From Eledone cirrhosa (Eukaryota), in contig OZ024744.1 of assembly GCA_964016885.1 (NCBI GenBank), positions 25,668,001 to 25,732,000 on the forward strand: a stretch of 64,000 nt of DNA. The letters run 5' to 3'. Below, piece by piece: positions 1 to 13,960 of this stretch; positions within the stretch are counted from its first letter, which is position 1; each line of letters starts with the position of its first letter. A program made the position numbers and the translations under genes. The notes under the pieces were generated by a model. It was given only the letters and a program-made list of their open reading frames with translations, searched no databases and was not told where the DNA came from.

Positions 1-219
1 TTGTTAGTGGTTGTTAGTAGTTGTTACTGGTTGTTACTGGTTGTTAGTGGTTGTTAGTGGTTATTAGTGGTTGTTAGTGGTTGTTAATGGTTGTTAGTTC
101 ATGTTAGTGGATGTTAGTGGATGTTAGTAGTTGTTAATGGTTGTTAGTGGTTGTTAGTGGTTGTTATTGGTTGTTAGTGGTTGTTAGTGGTTGGTAGTAG
201 TTGTTAATGTTTGATAATG

Positions 220-3200
220 GTTGTTAGTAGTTGTTAGTGGTTGTTAGTGCTTGTTAGTAGATTTCATTGGATGTTAGTGGTTGTTAGTGGTTGTTATAGT
301 TGTTAGTAGTTGTTAGTAGTTATTAGTGGTTGTTAGTGGTTGTTAGTGGTTGTTAGTGGTTGTTAGTGTTGTTAGTGGTTGCTAGTGGTTGTTAGTGGAT
401 GTTAGTGGTTGTTAGTGGTTGTTAGTAGTTTAGTAGTTGTTAGTGGTTGTTAGTGGTTGTTAGTGGTTGTTAATGGTTGTTAGTGGTTGTTAGTAGTTGT
501 TAGTGGTTGTTAGTGGTTGTTAGTGCTTGTTAGTAGTTGTTAGTGGTTGTTAGTGGTTGTTAGTGGTTGTTAGTGGTTGTTTGTGTTTGTTACCGTTTGT
601 GAGTGATTGTTAGTGTTGTTAGTGGTTGTTAGTGGTTGTTAGTGGTTGTTAGTGATTGTTAGTAGTTGCTAGTAGTTGTTAGTGGTTGTTAGTGGTTGTT
701 ATTGATTGTGAGTGGTTGTTAATGGTTGTTAGTAATTGTTATTGGTAGTTAGTGGTTGTTTATGTTTGTTAGTAGTTGTTAGTGGTTGTTAGTGGTTGTT
801 AGTGGTTGTTAGTGGTTGTTAGTGGTTGTTAGTGGTTGTTAGTGGTTGTTAGTAGTTGTTAGCGGTTGTTAGTGGTTGTTAGAGTTGTTAGTGGTTGTTA
901 GTGGTTGTTACTGGTTGTTAGTAGTTGTTAGAGCTTGGTAGTGGTTGTTAGTGGTTGTTAGTGGTTGTTAGTAGTTGTTAGTGGTTGTTAGCGGTTGTTA
1001 GTGGTTGTTAGTGGTTGGTAGTGGAAGTTAGTAGTTGTTAATGGTTGTTAGTGGTTGTTAGTGGTTCTTAGTATTTGTTAGTGGTTGTTAGTAGTTGTTA
1101 ATGTTTGATAATGATTGTTAGTGGTTGTTAGTGGTTGTTAGTAGTTGTTAGTGGTTGTTAGTGATTGTTAGTGGTTGTTAATGGTTGTTAGTGTTTGTTA
1201 GTGGATATTAGTGGATGTTAGTAGTTGTTAATGGTTGTTAGTGGTTGTTAGTGGTTGTTAGTGGTTGTTAGTGGTAGTTAGTAGTTGTTAATGTTTGATA
1301 ATGGTTGTTAGTAATCGTTAGTGGTTGTTAGTGGTTGTTAGTGGTTGTTAGTGGTTGTTAGAGGTTGATAATGCTTGTTAGTAATGTTAGTGGTTGTTAG
1401 TCGTTGTTAGTAGTTGTTAGTGGATGTTAGTGTTTGTTAGTGGTTGTTAGTAGTTGTTAGTGGTTGTTAGTAGTTGTTTGTGGTTGTTAGTGGTTGTTAG
1501 TGGTTGTTAGTGGTTGTTAGTGGTTGTTAGTGTTGTTAGTGGTTGTTAGTGGTTGTTAGTGGTTGTTAGTGGGAGATAGTGGATGTTAGTTGTTGTTAAT
1601 TGTTGTTAGTAGTTGCTAGTGGTTGTTAGTGGTTGTTAGTGGTTGTTAGTGGTTGTTAATGGTTGTTAGTGGTTGTTAGTAGTTGTTAGTGGTTATTAGT
1701 GGTTGTTAGTAGTTGTTAGTGTTTGTTAGTGGTTGTTAGTAGTTGTTAGTGGTTGTTAGTGTTTGTTAGTGGGTGTTAGTGGTTGTTAGTGGATGTTAGT
1801 AGTTGTTAGTGGTTGTTAGTGGTTGTTAGTGGTTGTTAGTGTTTGTTAGTGGTTGTTAGCGGTTGTTAATGGTTGTTAGTGTTGTTAGTGGTTGTTAGTG
1901 AGTGTTAGTGGTTGTTAGTGGTTGTTAGTGGTTGTTAGTGGTTGTTAGTGGTTGTTACTGGTTGTTAGTAGTTGTTAGAGCTTGGTAGTGGTTGTTAGTG
2001 GTTGTTAGTGGTTGTTAGTAGTTGTTAGTGGTTGTTAGTGGTTGTTAGTGGTTGTTAGTGGTTGTTATTGGTTGTTAGTGGATGTTAGTAGTTGTTAATG
2101 TTTGTTAGTGGTTGTTAGTGGTTGTTAGTAGTTGTTAGTGGTTGTTAGTAGTTGTTAGTGGTTGTTAGTGGTTGTTAGTGGTTGTTAATGGTTGTTAGTG
2201 GTTGTTAGTGGATGTTAGTGTTGTTTGTGGTTGTTAGTGGTTGTTAGTGGTTGTTAGTGGTTGTTAGTGGTTGTTAGTGGTTGTAGTGGTTGTTAGTAGT
2301 TGTTATTGGTTGTTAGTGGTTGTTAGTGGTTGTTAGTGTTTGTTAGTGGTTGTTAGCGGTTGTTAATGATTGTTAGTGTTGTTAGTGGTTGTTAGTGATT
2401 GTTAGTAGTTGTTAGTAGTTGTTAGTGGTTGTTAGTGGTTGTTAGTGGTTGTTAGTGGTTGTTAATGGTTGTTATTTGTTGTTAGTGGTTGTTAACGATT
2501 GTTAGTGATTGTTAGTGTTGTTAGTGGTTGTTAGAGGTTGTTAGCGGTTGTTAATGATTGTTAGTGTTGTTAGTGGTTGTTAGTGATTGTTAGTAGTTGT
2601 TAGTAGTTGTTAGTGGTTGTTAGTGGTTGTTAGTGGTTGTTAGTGGTTGTTAATGGTTGTTATTTGTTGTTAGTGGTTGTTAACGATTGTTAGTGATTGT
2701 TAGTGTTGTTAGTGGTTGTTAGAGGTTGCTAGTAGTTGTTAGAGATTGTTAGTGGTTGTTAGTGGCTGTTAGTGGTTGTTAGTAGTTGTTACTAGTTGCT
2801 AGAGGTTGTTAATGGTTGTTAGTGATTGTTAGCGGTTGTTAGTGATTGTTAGTGTTGTTAGTGGTTGTTAGTGGTTGTTATTGGTCGTTAGTTGTTGTTA
2901 ATGATTATTAGTAGTTGTTAGTTGTTGTTAGAGTTTGTTAGTGGATGTTAGTGGTTGTTAGTGGTTGTTAGTGGTTGTTAGTGGTTTTTAGTGGTTGTAT
3001 TGGTCGTTAGTTGTTGTTAATGATTATTAGTAGTTGTTAGTGGTTGGTAGTGGTTGTTAGTGGTCGTTAGTGGTTGTTAGTGGTTGTTAGTGGTTGTTAG
3101 TGGTTGTTAGTGGTTGTTAGTAGTTGTTAGTGGTTGACAGTGGTTGTTATTGATTGTCAGTGGTTGTTAGTGGTTGTTAGTAATTGTTATTGTTCGTTAG

Positions 3201-6200
3201 TGGTTGTTAATGTTTGTTAGTAGTTGTTAGTGGTTGTTAGAGGTTGTTAGTGGTTGTTAGTGGTTGTTAGTGGTTGTTTGTGTTGTTACTGGTTGTTAGT
3301 GGTTGTTAGTGGTTGTTAGTGGTTGTTAGTGGTTGTTAGTGGATGTTAGTAGTTGTTAATGGTTGTTAGTGGTTGTTAGTGGTTGTTAGTAGTTGTTAGT
3401 GGTTGTTAGTAGTTGTTAATGCTTGATAATGGTTGTTAGTGGTTGCTAGTGTTTGTTAGTAGTTGTTAGTGGTTGTTAGTGGTTGTTAGTGGTTGTTAAT
3501 AGTTGTTAGTGGTTGTTAGTGGATGTTAGGGGATGTTAGTAGTTGTTGATGGTTGTTAGTGGTTGTTAGTGGATGTTATTGGTTGTTAGTGGTTGTTAGT
3601 GGTTGTTAGTAGTTGTTAATGTTTGATAATGGTTGTTAGTAATTGTTAGTGGTTGTTAGTGGTTGTTAGTTGTTGTTAGTGGTTGTTAGAGGTTGTTAAT
3701 GGTTGTTAGTAGTTGTTAGTGGTTGTTTGTGGTTGTTAGTACTTGTTAGTGGTTGTTAGTGGTTGTTAGTGGTTGTTAGTGGTTGTAAGTGGTTGTTAGT
3801 AATTGTTATTGGTCGTTAGTGGTTGTTAATGGTTGTTAGTAGTTGTTAGTGGTTGTTAGTGGTTCTTAGTGGTTGTTAGTAGTTGTTAGTGGTTGTTAGT
3901 GGTTGTTAGTGGTTGTTAGTGGTTGTTTGTGGTTGTTAATGGTTGTTAGTGGTTGTTATTAGTTGTTAGTGGTTGTTAGTGGTTGTTAGTGGTTCTAGTG
4001 TTGTTAGTGGTTGTTAGTGGTTGTTAGTAGTTGTTAGTGGTTGTTAGTGGTTGTTAGTGTTGTTAATGGTTGTTAGTAGTTGTTAGTGGTTGTTAATCTT
4101 TGTTAGTAGTTGTTAGTGGTTGTTATTGGTTGTTAGTGGTTGTTAGAGGTTGTTAATGGTTATTAGTAGTTGTAAGTGGTTGTTAGTGGATGTTAGAGGT
4201 TGTTAGGGGTTGTTAGTGGTTGTTAGTAGTTGTTAATGCTTGATAATGGTTGTTAGTGGTTGTTAGTGGTTGTTAGTGGTTGTTAGTGGTTGTTAGTGAT
4301 TCTTAGTGGTTGTTTGTGGTTGTTAGTGGTTGTTAGTAGTTGTTAGTGGTTGTCAGTGGTTGTTATTGATTGTCAGTTGTTGTTAGTGGTTGTTAGTAAT
4401 TGTTATTGGTCGTTAGTGGTTGTTAATGTTTGTTAGTAGTTGTTAGTGGTTGTTAGTGGTTGATAGTGGTTGTTAGTGGTTGTTAGTGCTTGTTAGTGGT
4501 GGTTAGCGGTTGTTAGTGGTTGTTAGTGTTGTTAGTGGTTGTTATGGTTGTTACTGGTTTTTAGTAGTCGTTAGAGCTTGTTAATGGTTGTTAATGGTTG
4601 TTAATGGTTGTTAGTGGTTTTTAGTGGTTGTTAGTAATTGTTAGTGGTCGTTAGATGTTGTTTGTGGTTGTTAGTGGTTGTTAGTGGTTGTTAGTGGTTG
4701 TGAGTGGTTGGTAGTAGTTGTTAATGTTTGATAATGGTTGTTAGTAATTGTTAGTGGTTGTTAGTGCTTGTTAATGGTTGTTAGAGTTTGTTAATGGTTG
4801 TTAGTAGTTGTTAGTGGTTGTTAGTGCTTGTTAGTAGTTTTTATTGGATGTTAGTGGTTGTTAGTGGTTGTTATAGTTGTTAGTAGTTGTTAGTAGTTAT
4901 TACTGGTTGTTAGTGGTTGTTAGTGTTTGTTAGTGGTTGTTAGTGTTGTTAGTGGTTGCTAGTGGTTGTTAGTGGATGTTAGTGGTTGTTAGTGGTTGTT
5001 AGTAGTTTAGTAGTTGTTAGTGGTTTTTAGTGGTTGTTAGTGGTTGTTAATGGTTGTTAGTGGTTGTTAGTAGTTGTTAGTGGTTGTTAGTGGTTGTTAC
5101 TGCTTGTTAGTAGTTGTTAGTGGTTGTTAGTGGTTGTTAGTGGTTGTTAGTGGTTGTTTGTGTTTGTTACCGTTTGTGAGTGATTGTTAGTGTTGTTAGT
5201 GGTTGTTAGTGGTTGTTAGTGGTTGTTAGTGATTGTTAGTAGTTGCTAGTAGTTGTTAGTGTTTGTTAGTGGTTGTTATTGATTGTGAGTGGTTGTTAAT
5301 GGTTGTTAGTTATTGTTATTGGTAGTTAGTGGTTGTTTATGTTTGTTAGTAGTTGTTAGTGGTTGTTAGTGGTTGTTAGTGGTTGTTAGTGGTTGTTAGT
5401 GGTTGTTAGTAGTTGTTAGCGGTTGTTAGTGGTTGTTAGTGTTGTTAGTGGTTGTTAGTGTTTGTTACTGGTTGTTAGTAGTTGTTAGAGCTTGGTAGTG
5501 GTTGTTAGTGGTTGTTAGTGGTTGTTAGTAGTTGTTAGTGTTTGTTAGCGGTTGTTAGTGGTTGTTAGTGGTGGCTAGTGGAAGTTAGTAGTTGTTAATG
5601 GTTGTTAGTGGTTGTTAGTGGTTCTTAGTATTTGTTAGTGGTTGTTAGTAGTTGTTAATGTTTGATAATGATTGTTAGTGGTTGTTAGTGGTTGTTAGTA
5701 GTTGTTAGTGGTTGTTAGTGATTGTTAGTGGTTGTTAATGGTTGTTAGTGTTTGTTAGTGGATATTAGTGGATGTTAGTAGCTGTTAATGGTTGTTAGTG
5801 GTCGTTAGTGGTTGTTAGTGGTTGTTAGTGGTTGTTAGTAGTTGTTAATGTTTGATAATGGTTGTTAGTAATCGATAGTGGTTGTTAGTGGTTGTTAGTG
5901 GTTGTTAGTGGTTGTTAGAGGTTGATAATGCTTGTTAGTAATGTTAGTGGTTGTTAGTCGTTGTTAGTAGTTGTTAGTGGATGTTAGTGTTTGTTAGTGG
6001 TTGTTAGTAGTTGTTAGTGGTTGTTAGTAGTTGTTTGTGGTTGTTAGTGGTTGTTAGTGGTTGTTAGTGGTTGTTAGTGGTTGTTAGTGTTGTTAGTGGT
6101 TGTTAGTGGTTGTTAGTGGGAGATAGTGGATGTTAGTTGTTGTTAATTGTTGTTAGTAGTTGCTAGTGGTTGTTAGTGGTTGTTAGTGGTTGTTAGTGGT

Positions 6201-9110
6201 TGTTAATGGTTGTTAGTGGTTGTTAGTAGTTGTTAGTGGTTATTAGTGGTTGTTAGTAGTTGTTAGTGTTTGTTAGTGGTTGTTAGTAGTTGTTAGTGGT
6301 TGTTAGTGTTTGTTAGTGGGTGTTAGTGGTTGTTAGTGGATGTTAGTAGTTGTTAGTGGTTGTTAGTGGTTGTTAGTGGTTGTTAGTGTTTGTTAGTGGT
6401 TGTTAGCGGTTGTTAATGATTGTTAGTGTTGTTAGTGGTTGTTAGTGATTCTTAGTGGTTGTTAGTGGTTGTTAGTGGTTGTTAGTGGTTGTTAGTGGTT
6501 GTTAGCGGTTGTTAGTGGTTGTTAGTGTTGTTAGTGGTTGTTAGTGGTTGTTACTGGTTGTTAGTAGTTGTTAGAGCTTGGTACTGGTTGTTAGTGGTTG
6601 TTAGTGGTTGTTAGTAGTTGTTAGTGGTTGTTAGTAGTTGTTAGTGGTTGTTAGTGGTTGTTATTGGTTGTTAGTGGATGTTAGTAGTTGTTAATGTTTG
6701 TTAGTGGTTGTTAGTGTTTGTTAGTAGTTGTTAGTGGTTGTTAGTAGTTGTTAGTGGTTGTTAGTGGTTGTTAGTGGTTGTTAATGGTTGTTAGTGGTTG
6801 TTAGTGGATGTTAGTGTTGTTTGTGGTTGTTAGTGTTTGTTAGTGGTTGTTAGTGGTTGTTAGTGGTTGTTAGTGGTTGTAGTGGTTGTTAGTAGTTGTT
6901 ATTGGTTGTTAGTGGTTGTTAGAGGTTGTTAGTGTTTGTTAGTGGTTGTTAGCGGTTGTTAATGATTGTTAGTGTTGTTAGTGGTTGTTAGTGATTGTTA
7001 GTAGTTGTTAGTAGTTGTTAGTGGTTGTTAGTGGTTGTTAGTGGTTGTTAGTGGTTGTTAATTGTTGTTATTTGTTGTTAGTGGTTGTTAGCGATTGTTA
7101 GTGATTGTTAGTGTTGTTAGTGGTTGTTAGAGGTTGCTAGTAGTTGTTAGTGATTGTTAGTGGTTGTTAGTGGTTGTTAGTGGTTGTTAGTAGTTGTTAC
7201 TAGTTGCTAGAGGTTGTTAATTGTTGTTAGTGATTGTTAGCGGTTGTTAGTGATTGTTAGTGTTGTTAGTGGTTGTTAGTGGTTGTTATTGGTCGTTAGT
7301 TGTTGTTAATGATTATTAGTAGTTGTTAGTTGTTGTTAGAGTTTGTTAGTGGATGTTAGTGGTTGTTAGTGGTTGTTAGTGGTTGTTAGTGGTTTTTAGT
7401 GGTTGTATTGGTCGTTAGTTGTTGTTAATGATTATTAGTAGTTGTTAGTGGTTGGTAGTGGTTGTTAGTGGTCGTTAGTGGTTGACAGTGGTTGTTATTG
7501 ATTGTCAGTGGTTGTTAGTGGTTGTTAGTAATTGTTATTGGTCGTTAGTGGTTGTTAATGTTTGTTAGTAGTTGTTACTGGTTGTTAGTGGTTGTTAGTG
7601 GTTGTTAGTGGTTGTTAGTGGTTGTTAGTGTTGTTACTGGTTGCTAGTGTTTGTTAGTGGTTGTTAGTGGTTGTTAGTGGTTGTTGGTGGATGTTAGTAG
7701 TTGTTAATGGTTGTTAGTAGTTGTTAATGCTTGATAATGGTTGTTAGTGGTTGCTAGTGTTTGTTAGTAGTTGTTAGTGGTTGTTAGTGGTTGTTAGTGG
7801 ATGTTAGGGGATGTTAGTAGTTGTTGATGGTTGTTAGTGGTTGTTAGTTGATGTTATTGGTTGTTAGTGGTTGTTAGTGGTTGTTAGTAGTTGTTAATGT
7901 TTGATAATGGTTGTTAGTAATTGTTAGTGGTTGTTAGTGGTTGTTAGTTATTGTTAGTGGTTGTTAGTGGTTGTTAGAGGTTGATAATGGTTGTTAGTAG
8001 TTGTTAGTGGTTGTTTGTGGTTGTTAGTAGTTGTTAGTGGTTGTTAGTGGTTGTTAGTGGTTGTTAGTGGTTGTAAGTGGTTGTTAGTAATTGTTATTGG
8101 TCGTTAGTGGTTGTTAATGGTTATTAGTAGTTGATTGTGGTTGTTAGTGGTTGTTAGTGGTTGTTAGTAGTTGTTAGTGGTTGTTAGTGGTTGTTAGTGG
8201 TTGTTAGTGGTTGTTTGTGGTTGTTAATGGTTGTTAGTGGTTGTTATTAGTTGTTAGTGGTTGTTAGTGGTTGTTAGTGGTTCTAGTGTTGTTAGTGGTT
8301 GTTAGTGGTTGTTAGTGGTTGTTAGTGGTTGTTAGTGGTTGTTAGTGGTTGTTAGTGTTGTTAATGGTTGTTAGTAGTTGTTAGTGGTTGTTAATATTTG
8401 TTAGTAGTTGTTAGTGGTTGTTATTGGTTGTTAGTGGTTGTTAGAGGTTGTTAATGGTTATTAGTAGTTGTAAGTGGTTGTTAGTGGATGTTAGAGGTTG
8501 TTAGGGGTTGTTAGTGGTTGTTAGTGGTTGTTACTGGTTGTTACTGGTTGTTAGTAATTGTTATTGGTCATTAGTGGTTGTTAATGGTTGTTAGTAGTTG
8601 TTAGTGGTTGTTAGTAGTTGTTAATGCTTGATAATGGTTGTTAGTGGTTGTTAGTGGTTGTTAGTGATTCTTAGTGGTTGTTAGTGGTTGTTAGTGGTTG
8701 TTAGTAATTGTTATTGGTCGTTAGTGGTTGTTAATGTTTGTTAGTAGTTGTTAGTGGTTGTTAGTAGTTGTTAGTGGTTGTCAGTGGTTGTTATTGATTG
8801 TCAGTGGTTGTTAGTGGTTGTTAGTAATTGTTATTGGTCGTTAGTGGTTGTTAATGTTTGTTAGTAGTTGTTAGTGGTTGTTAGTGGTTGATAGTGGTTG
8901 TTAGTGGTTGTTACTGGTTGTTAGTGGTGGTTAGCGGTTGTTAGTGGTTGTTAGTGTTGTTAGTGGTTGTTATGGTTGTTACTGGTTGTTAGTAGTTGTT
9001 AGAGCTTGTTAATGGTTGTTAATGGTTGTTAATGGTTGTTAGTGGTTTTTAGTGGTTGTTAGTAATTGTTAGTGGTCGTTAGATGTTGTTTGTGGTTGTT
9101 AGTGGTTGTT
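220..9110 (+). repeat. Diverged ~4.5-kb near-tandem duplication (~220-4690 vs ~4800-9110)
   Basis: Rare markers occur in the same order: TTATAGT 294/4871 (offset 4577), TACCGTTTGTGAG 591/5168 (4577), GGGAGATAG 1571/6118 (4547), TTATGG 4542/8970 (4428). The drifting offset and several substitutions show divergence. Confidence 0.9.
2352..2728 (+). repeat. 188-bp local tandem duplication
   Basis: The TATTTG...AACGATT cassette has AACGATT at 2494 and 2682. It is single-copy in the paralogous blocks near 7090 and 10775. Confidence 0.85.
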
Positions 9111-12100
9111 AGTGGTTGTTAGTGTTGTTAGTGGTTGTTAGTGGTTGTTAGTGGTTGTTAGTGGTTGTTAGTGGTTGTTAGTGGTTGTTAGTAGTTTTTA
9201 ATGGTTTTTAGTAGTTGTTAATGCTTGATAATGGTTGTTAGTGGTTGCTAGTGGTTGTTAGTAGTTGTTAGTGTTTGTTAGTGGTTGTTAGCGGTTGTTA
9301 ATGATTGTTAGTGTTGTTAGTAGTTGTTAGTGGTTGTTAGTGGTTGTTAGTGGTTGTTAGTGGTTGTTAGCGGTTGTTAGTGGTTGTTAGTGTTGTTAGT
9401 GGTTGTTAGTGGTTGTTAGTGGTTGTTAGTAGTTGTTAGTGTTTGTTAGTGGTTGTTAGTGGTTGTTGGTGGTTGTTATTGGTTGTTAGTGTATGTTAGT
9501 AGTTGTTAATGTTTGTTAGTGGTTGGTAGTGGTTGTTATTAGTTGTTAGTGGTTGTTAGTAGTTGTTAGTGGTCGTTAGTGGTTGTTAATGGTTGTTAGT
9601 AGTTGTTAGTGGTTGTTAGTAGTTGTTAATGCTTGATAATGGTTGTTAGTGGTTGTTAGTGGTTGTTAGTGGTTGTTAGTGGTTGTTAGTGATTCTTAGT
9701 GGTTGTTAGTGGTTGTTAGTGGTTGTTAGTAGTTGTTAGTGGTTGTCAGTGGTTGTTATTGATTGTCAGTGGTTGTTAGTGGTTGTTAGTAATTGTTATT
9801 GGTCGTTAGTGGTTTTTATTGTTTGTTAGTAGTTGTTAGTGGTTGTTAGTAGTTGTTAGTGGTTGTTAGAGTTTGTTAGTGGATGTTAGTGTTTGTTAGT
9901 GGTTGTTAGTGGTTGTTGTGGTTTTTAGTGGTTGTTATTGGTCGTTAGTTGTTGTTCATGATTATTAGTAGTTGTTAGTGGTTGTTAGTGGTTGTTAGTG
10001 GTCGTTAGTGGTTGTTAGAGGTTCTTAGTGGTTGTTAGTAGTTGTTAGTGGTTGACAGTGGTTGTTATTGATTGTCAGTGGTTGTTAGTGGTTGTTAGTA
10101 ATTGTTATTGGTCGTTAGTGGTTGTTAATGTTTGTTAGTAGTTGTTAGTGGTTGTTAGTGGTTGTTAGTGGTTGTTAGTGGTTGTTAGTGGTTGTTAGTG
10201 GTTGTTAGTTTTGTTAATGGTTGTTAGTGGTTGTTAGTGGTTGTTAGTGGTTGTTAGTGGTTGTTAGTGGATGTTAGTAGTTGTTAATGGTTGTTAGTGG
10301 TTGCTAGTGGTTGTTAGTAGTTGTTAGTGGCTGTTATTGGTTGTTAGTGGTTGTTAGTGGATGTTAGTAGTTGTTAATGTTTGTTAGTGGTTGTTAGTGT
10401 TTGTTAGTAGTTGTTAGTGGTTGTTAGTAGTTGTTAGTGGTTGTTAGTGGTTGTTAGTGGTTGTTAATGGTTGTTAGTGGTTGTTAGTGGATGTTAGTGT
10501 TGTTTGTGGTTGTTAGTGTTTGTTAGTGGTTGTTAGTGGTTGTTAGTGGTTGTTAGTGGTTGTAGTGGTTGTTAGTAGTTGTTATTGGTTGTTAGTGGTT
10601 GTTAGAGGTTGTTAGTGTTTGTTAGTGGTTGTTAGCGGTTGTTAATGATTGTTAGTGTTGTTAGTGGTTGTTAGTGATTGTTAGTAGTTGTTAGTAGTTG
10701 TTAGTGGTTGTTAGTGGTTGTTAGTGGTTGTTAGTGGTTGTTAATTGTTGTTATTTGTTGTTAGTGGTTGTTAGCGATTGTTAGTGATTGTTAGTGTTGT
10801 TAGTGGTTGTTAGAGGTTGCTAGTAGTTGTTAGTGATTGTTAGTGGTTGTTAGTGGTTGTTAGTGGTTGTTAGTAGTTGTTACTAGTTTCTAGAGGTTGT
10901 TAATGGTTGTTAGTGATTGTTAGCGGTTGTTAGTGATTGTTAGTGTTGTTAGTGGTTGTTAGTGGTTGTTATTGGTCGTTAGTTGTTGTTAATGATTATT
11001 AGTAGTTGTTAGTTGTTGTTAGAGTTTGTTAGTGGATGTTAGTGGTTGTTAGTGGTTGTTAGTGGTTGTTAGTGGTTTTTAGTGGTTGTATTGGTCGTTA
11101 GTTGTTGTTAATGATTATTAGTAGTTGTTAGTGGTTGGTAGTGGTTGTTAGTGGTCGTTAGTGGTTGACAGTGGTTGTTATTGATTGTCAGTGGTTGTTA
11201 GTGGTTGTTAGTAATTGTTATTGGTCGTTAGTGGTTGTTAATGTTTGTTAGTAGTTGTTACTGGTTGTTAGTGGTTGTTAGTGGTTGTTAGTGGTTGTTA
11301 GTGGTTGTTAGTGTTGTTACTGGTTGTTAGTGTTTGTTAGTGGTTGTTAGTGGTTGTTAGTGGTTGTTGGTGGATGTTAGTAGTTGTTAATGGTTGTTAG
11401 TAGTTGTTAATGCTTGATAATGGTTGTTAGTGGTTGCTAGTGTTTGTTAGTAGTTGTTAGTGGTTGTTAGTGGTTGTTAGTGGATGTTAGGGGATGTTAG
11501 TAGTTGTTGATGGTTGTTAGTGGTTGTTAGTTGATGTTATTGGTTGTTAGTGGTTGTTAGTGGTTGTTAGTAGTTGTTAATGTTTGATAATGGTTGTTAG
11601 TAATTGTTAGTGGTTGTTAGTGGTTGTTAGTTATTGTTAGTGGTTGTTAGTGGTTGTTAGAGGTTGATAATGGTTGTTAGTAGTTGTTAGTGGTTGTTTG
11701 TGGTTGTTAGTAGTTGTTAGTGGTTGTTAGTGGTTGTTAGTGGTTGTTAGTGGTTGTAAGTGGTTGTTAGTAATTGTTATTGGTCGTTAGTGGTTGTTAA
11801 TGGTTATTAGTAGTTGATTGTGGTTGTTAGTGGTTGTTAGTGGTTGTTAGTAGTTGTTAGTGGTTGTTAGTGGTTGTTAGTGGTTGTTAGTGGTTGTTTG
11901 TGGTTGTTAATGGTTGTTAGTGGTTGTTATTAGTTGTTAGTGGTTGTTAGTGGTTGTTAGTGGTTCTAGTGTTGTTAGTGGTTGTTAGTGGTTGTTAGTG
12001 GTTGTTAGTGGTTGTTAGTGGTTGTTAGTGTTGTTAATGGTTGTTAGTAGTTGTTAGTGGTTGTTAATATTTGTTAGTAGTTGTTAGTGGTTGTTATTGG

Positions 12101-13960
12101 TTGTTAGTGGTTGTTAGAGGTTGTTAATGGTTATTAGTAGTTGTAAGTGGTTGTTAGTGGATGTTAGAGGTTGTTAGGGGTTGTTAGTGGTTGTTAGTGG
12201 TTGTTACTGGTTGTTACTGGTTGTTAGTAATTGTTATTGGTCATTAGTGGTTGTTAATGGTTGTTAGTAGTTGTTAGTGGTTGTTAGTAGTTGTTAATGC
12301 TTGATAATGGTTGTTAGTGGTTGTTAGTGGTTGTTAGTGATTCTTAGTGGTTGTTAGTGGTTGTTAGTGGTTGTTAGTAGTTGTTAGTGGTTGTCAGTGG
12401 TTGTTATTGATTGTCAGTGGTTGTTAGTGGTTGTTAGTAATTGTTATTGGTCGTTAGTGGTTGTTAATGTTTGTTAGTAGTTGTTAGTGGTTGTTAGTGG
12501 TTGATAGTGGTTGTTAGTGGTTGTTACTGGTTGTTAGTGGTGGTTAGCGGTTGTTAGTGGTTGTTAGTGTTGTTAGTGGTTGTTATGGTTGTTACTGGTT
12601 GTTAGTAGTTGTTAGAGCTTGTTAATGGTTGTTAATGGTTGTTAATGGTTGTTAGTGGTTTTTAGTGGTTGTTAGTAATTGTTAGTGGTCGTTAGATGTT
12701 GTTTGTGGTTGTTAGTGGTTGTTAGTGGTTGTTAGTGTTGTTAGTGGTTGTTAGTGGTTGTTAGTGGTTGTTAGTGGTTGTTAGTGGTTGTTAGTGGTTG
12801 TTAGTAGTTTTTAATGGTTTTTAGTAGTTGTTAATGCTTGATAATGGTTGTTAGTGGTTGCTAGTGGTTGTTAGTAGTTGTTAGTGTTTGTTAGTGGTTG
12901 TTAGCGGTTGTTAATGATTGTTAGTGTTGTTAGTAGTTGTTAGTGGTTGTTAGTGGTTGTTAGTGGTTGTTAGTGGTTGTTAGCGGTTGTTAGTGGTTGT
13001 TAGTGTTGTTAGTGGTTGTTAGTGGTTGTTAGTGGTTGTTAGTAGTTGTTAGTGTTTGTTAGTGGTTGTTAGTGGTTGTTGGTGGTTGTTATTGGTTGTT
13101 AGTGTATGTTAGTAGTTGTTAATGTTTGTTAGTGGTTGGTAGTGGTTGTTATTAGTTGTTAGTGGTTGTTAGTAGTTGTTAGTGGTCGTTAGTGGTTGTT
13201 AATGGTTGTTAGTAGTTGTTAGTGGTTGTTAGTAGTTGTTAATGCTTGATAATGGTTGTTAGTGGTTGTTAGTGGTTGTTAGTGGTTGTTAGTGGTTGTT
13301 AGTGATTCTTAGTGGTTGTTAGTGGTTGTTAGTGGTTGTTAGTAGTTGTTAGTGGTTGTCAGTGGTTGTTATTGATTGTCAGTGGTTGTTAGTGGTTGTT
13401 AGTAATTGTTATTGGTCGTTAGTGGTTTTTATTGTTTGTTAGTAGTTGTTAGTGGTTGTTAGTAGTTGTTAGTGGTTGTTAGAGTTTGTTAGTGGATGTT
13501 AGTGTTTGTTAGTGGTTGTTAGTGGTTGTTGTGGTTTTTAGTGGTTGTTATTGGTCGTTAGTTGTTGTTCATGATTATTAGTAGTTGTTAGTGGTTGTTA
13601 GTGGTTGTTAGTGGTCGTTAGTGGTTGTTAGAGGTTCTTAGTGGTTGTTAGTAGTTGTTAGTGGTTGACAGTGGTTGTTATTGATTGTCAGTGGTTGTTA
13701 GTGGTTGTTAGTAATTGTTATTGGTCGTTAGTGGTTGTTAATGTTTGTTAGTAGTTGTTAGTGGTTGTTAGTGGTTGTTAGTGGTTGTTAGTGGTTGTTA
13801 GTGGTTGTTAGTGGTTGTTAGTTTTGTTAATGGTTGTTAGTGGTTGTTAGTGGTTGTTAGTGGTTGTTAGTGGTTGTTAGTGGATGTTAGTAGTTGTTAA
13901 TGGTTGTTAGTGGTTGCTAGTGGTTGTTAGTAGTTGTTAGTGGCTGTTATTGGTTGTTAG
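6660..13960 (+). repeat. Near-identical ~3.65-kb tandem duplication (~6660-10340 vs ~10341-13960)
   Basis: GGATG 6676/10359 (3683), GATTC 8666/12339 (3673), GTATG 9491/13104 (3613), CTGTTATT 10331/13944 (3613). Confidence 0.92.
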
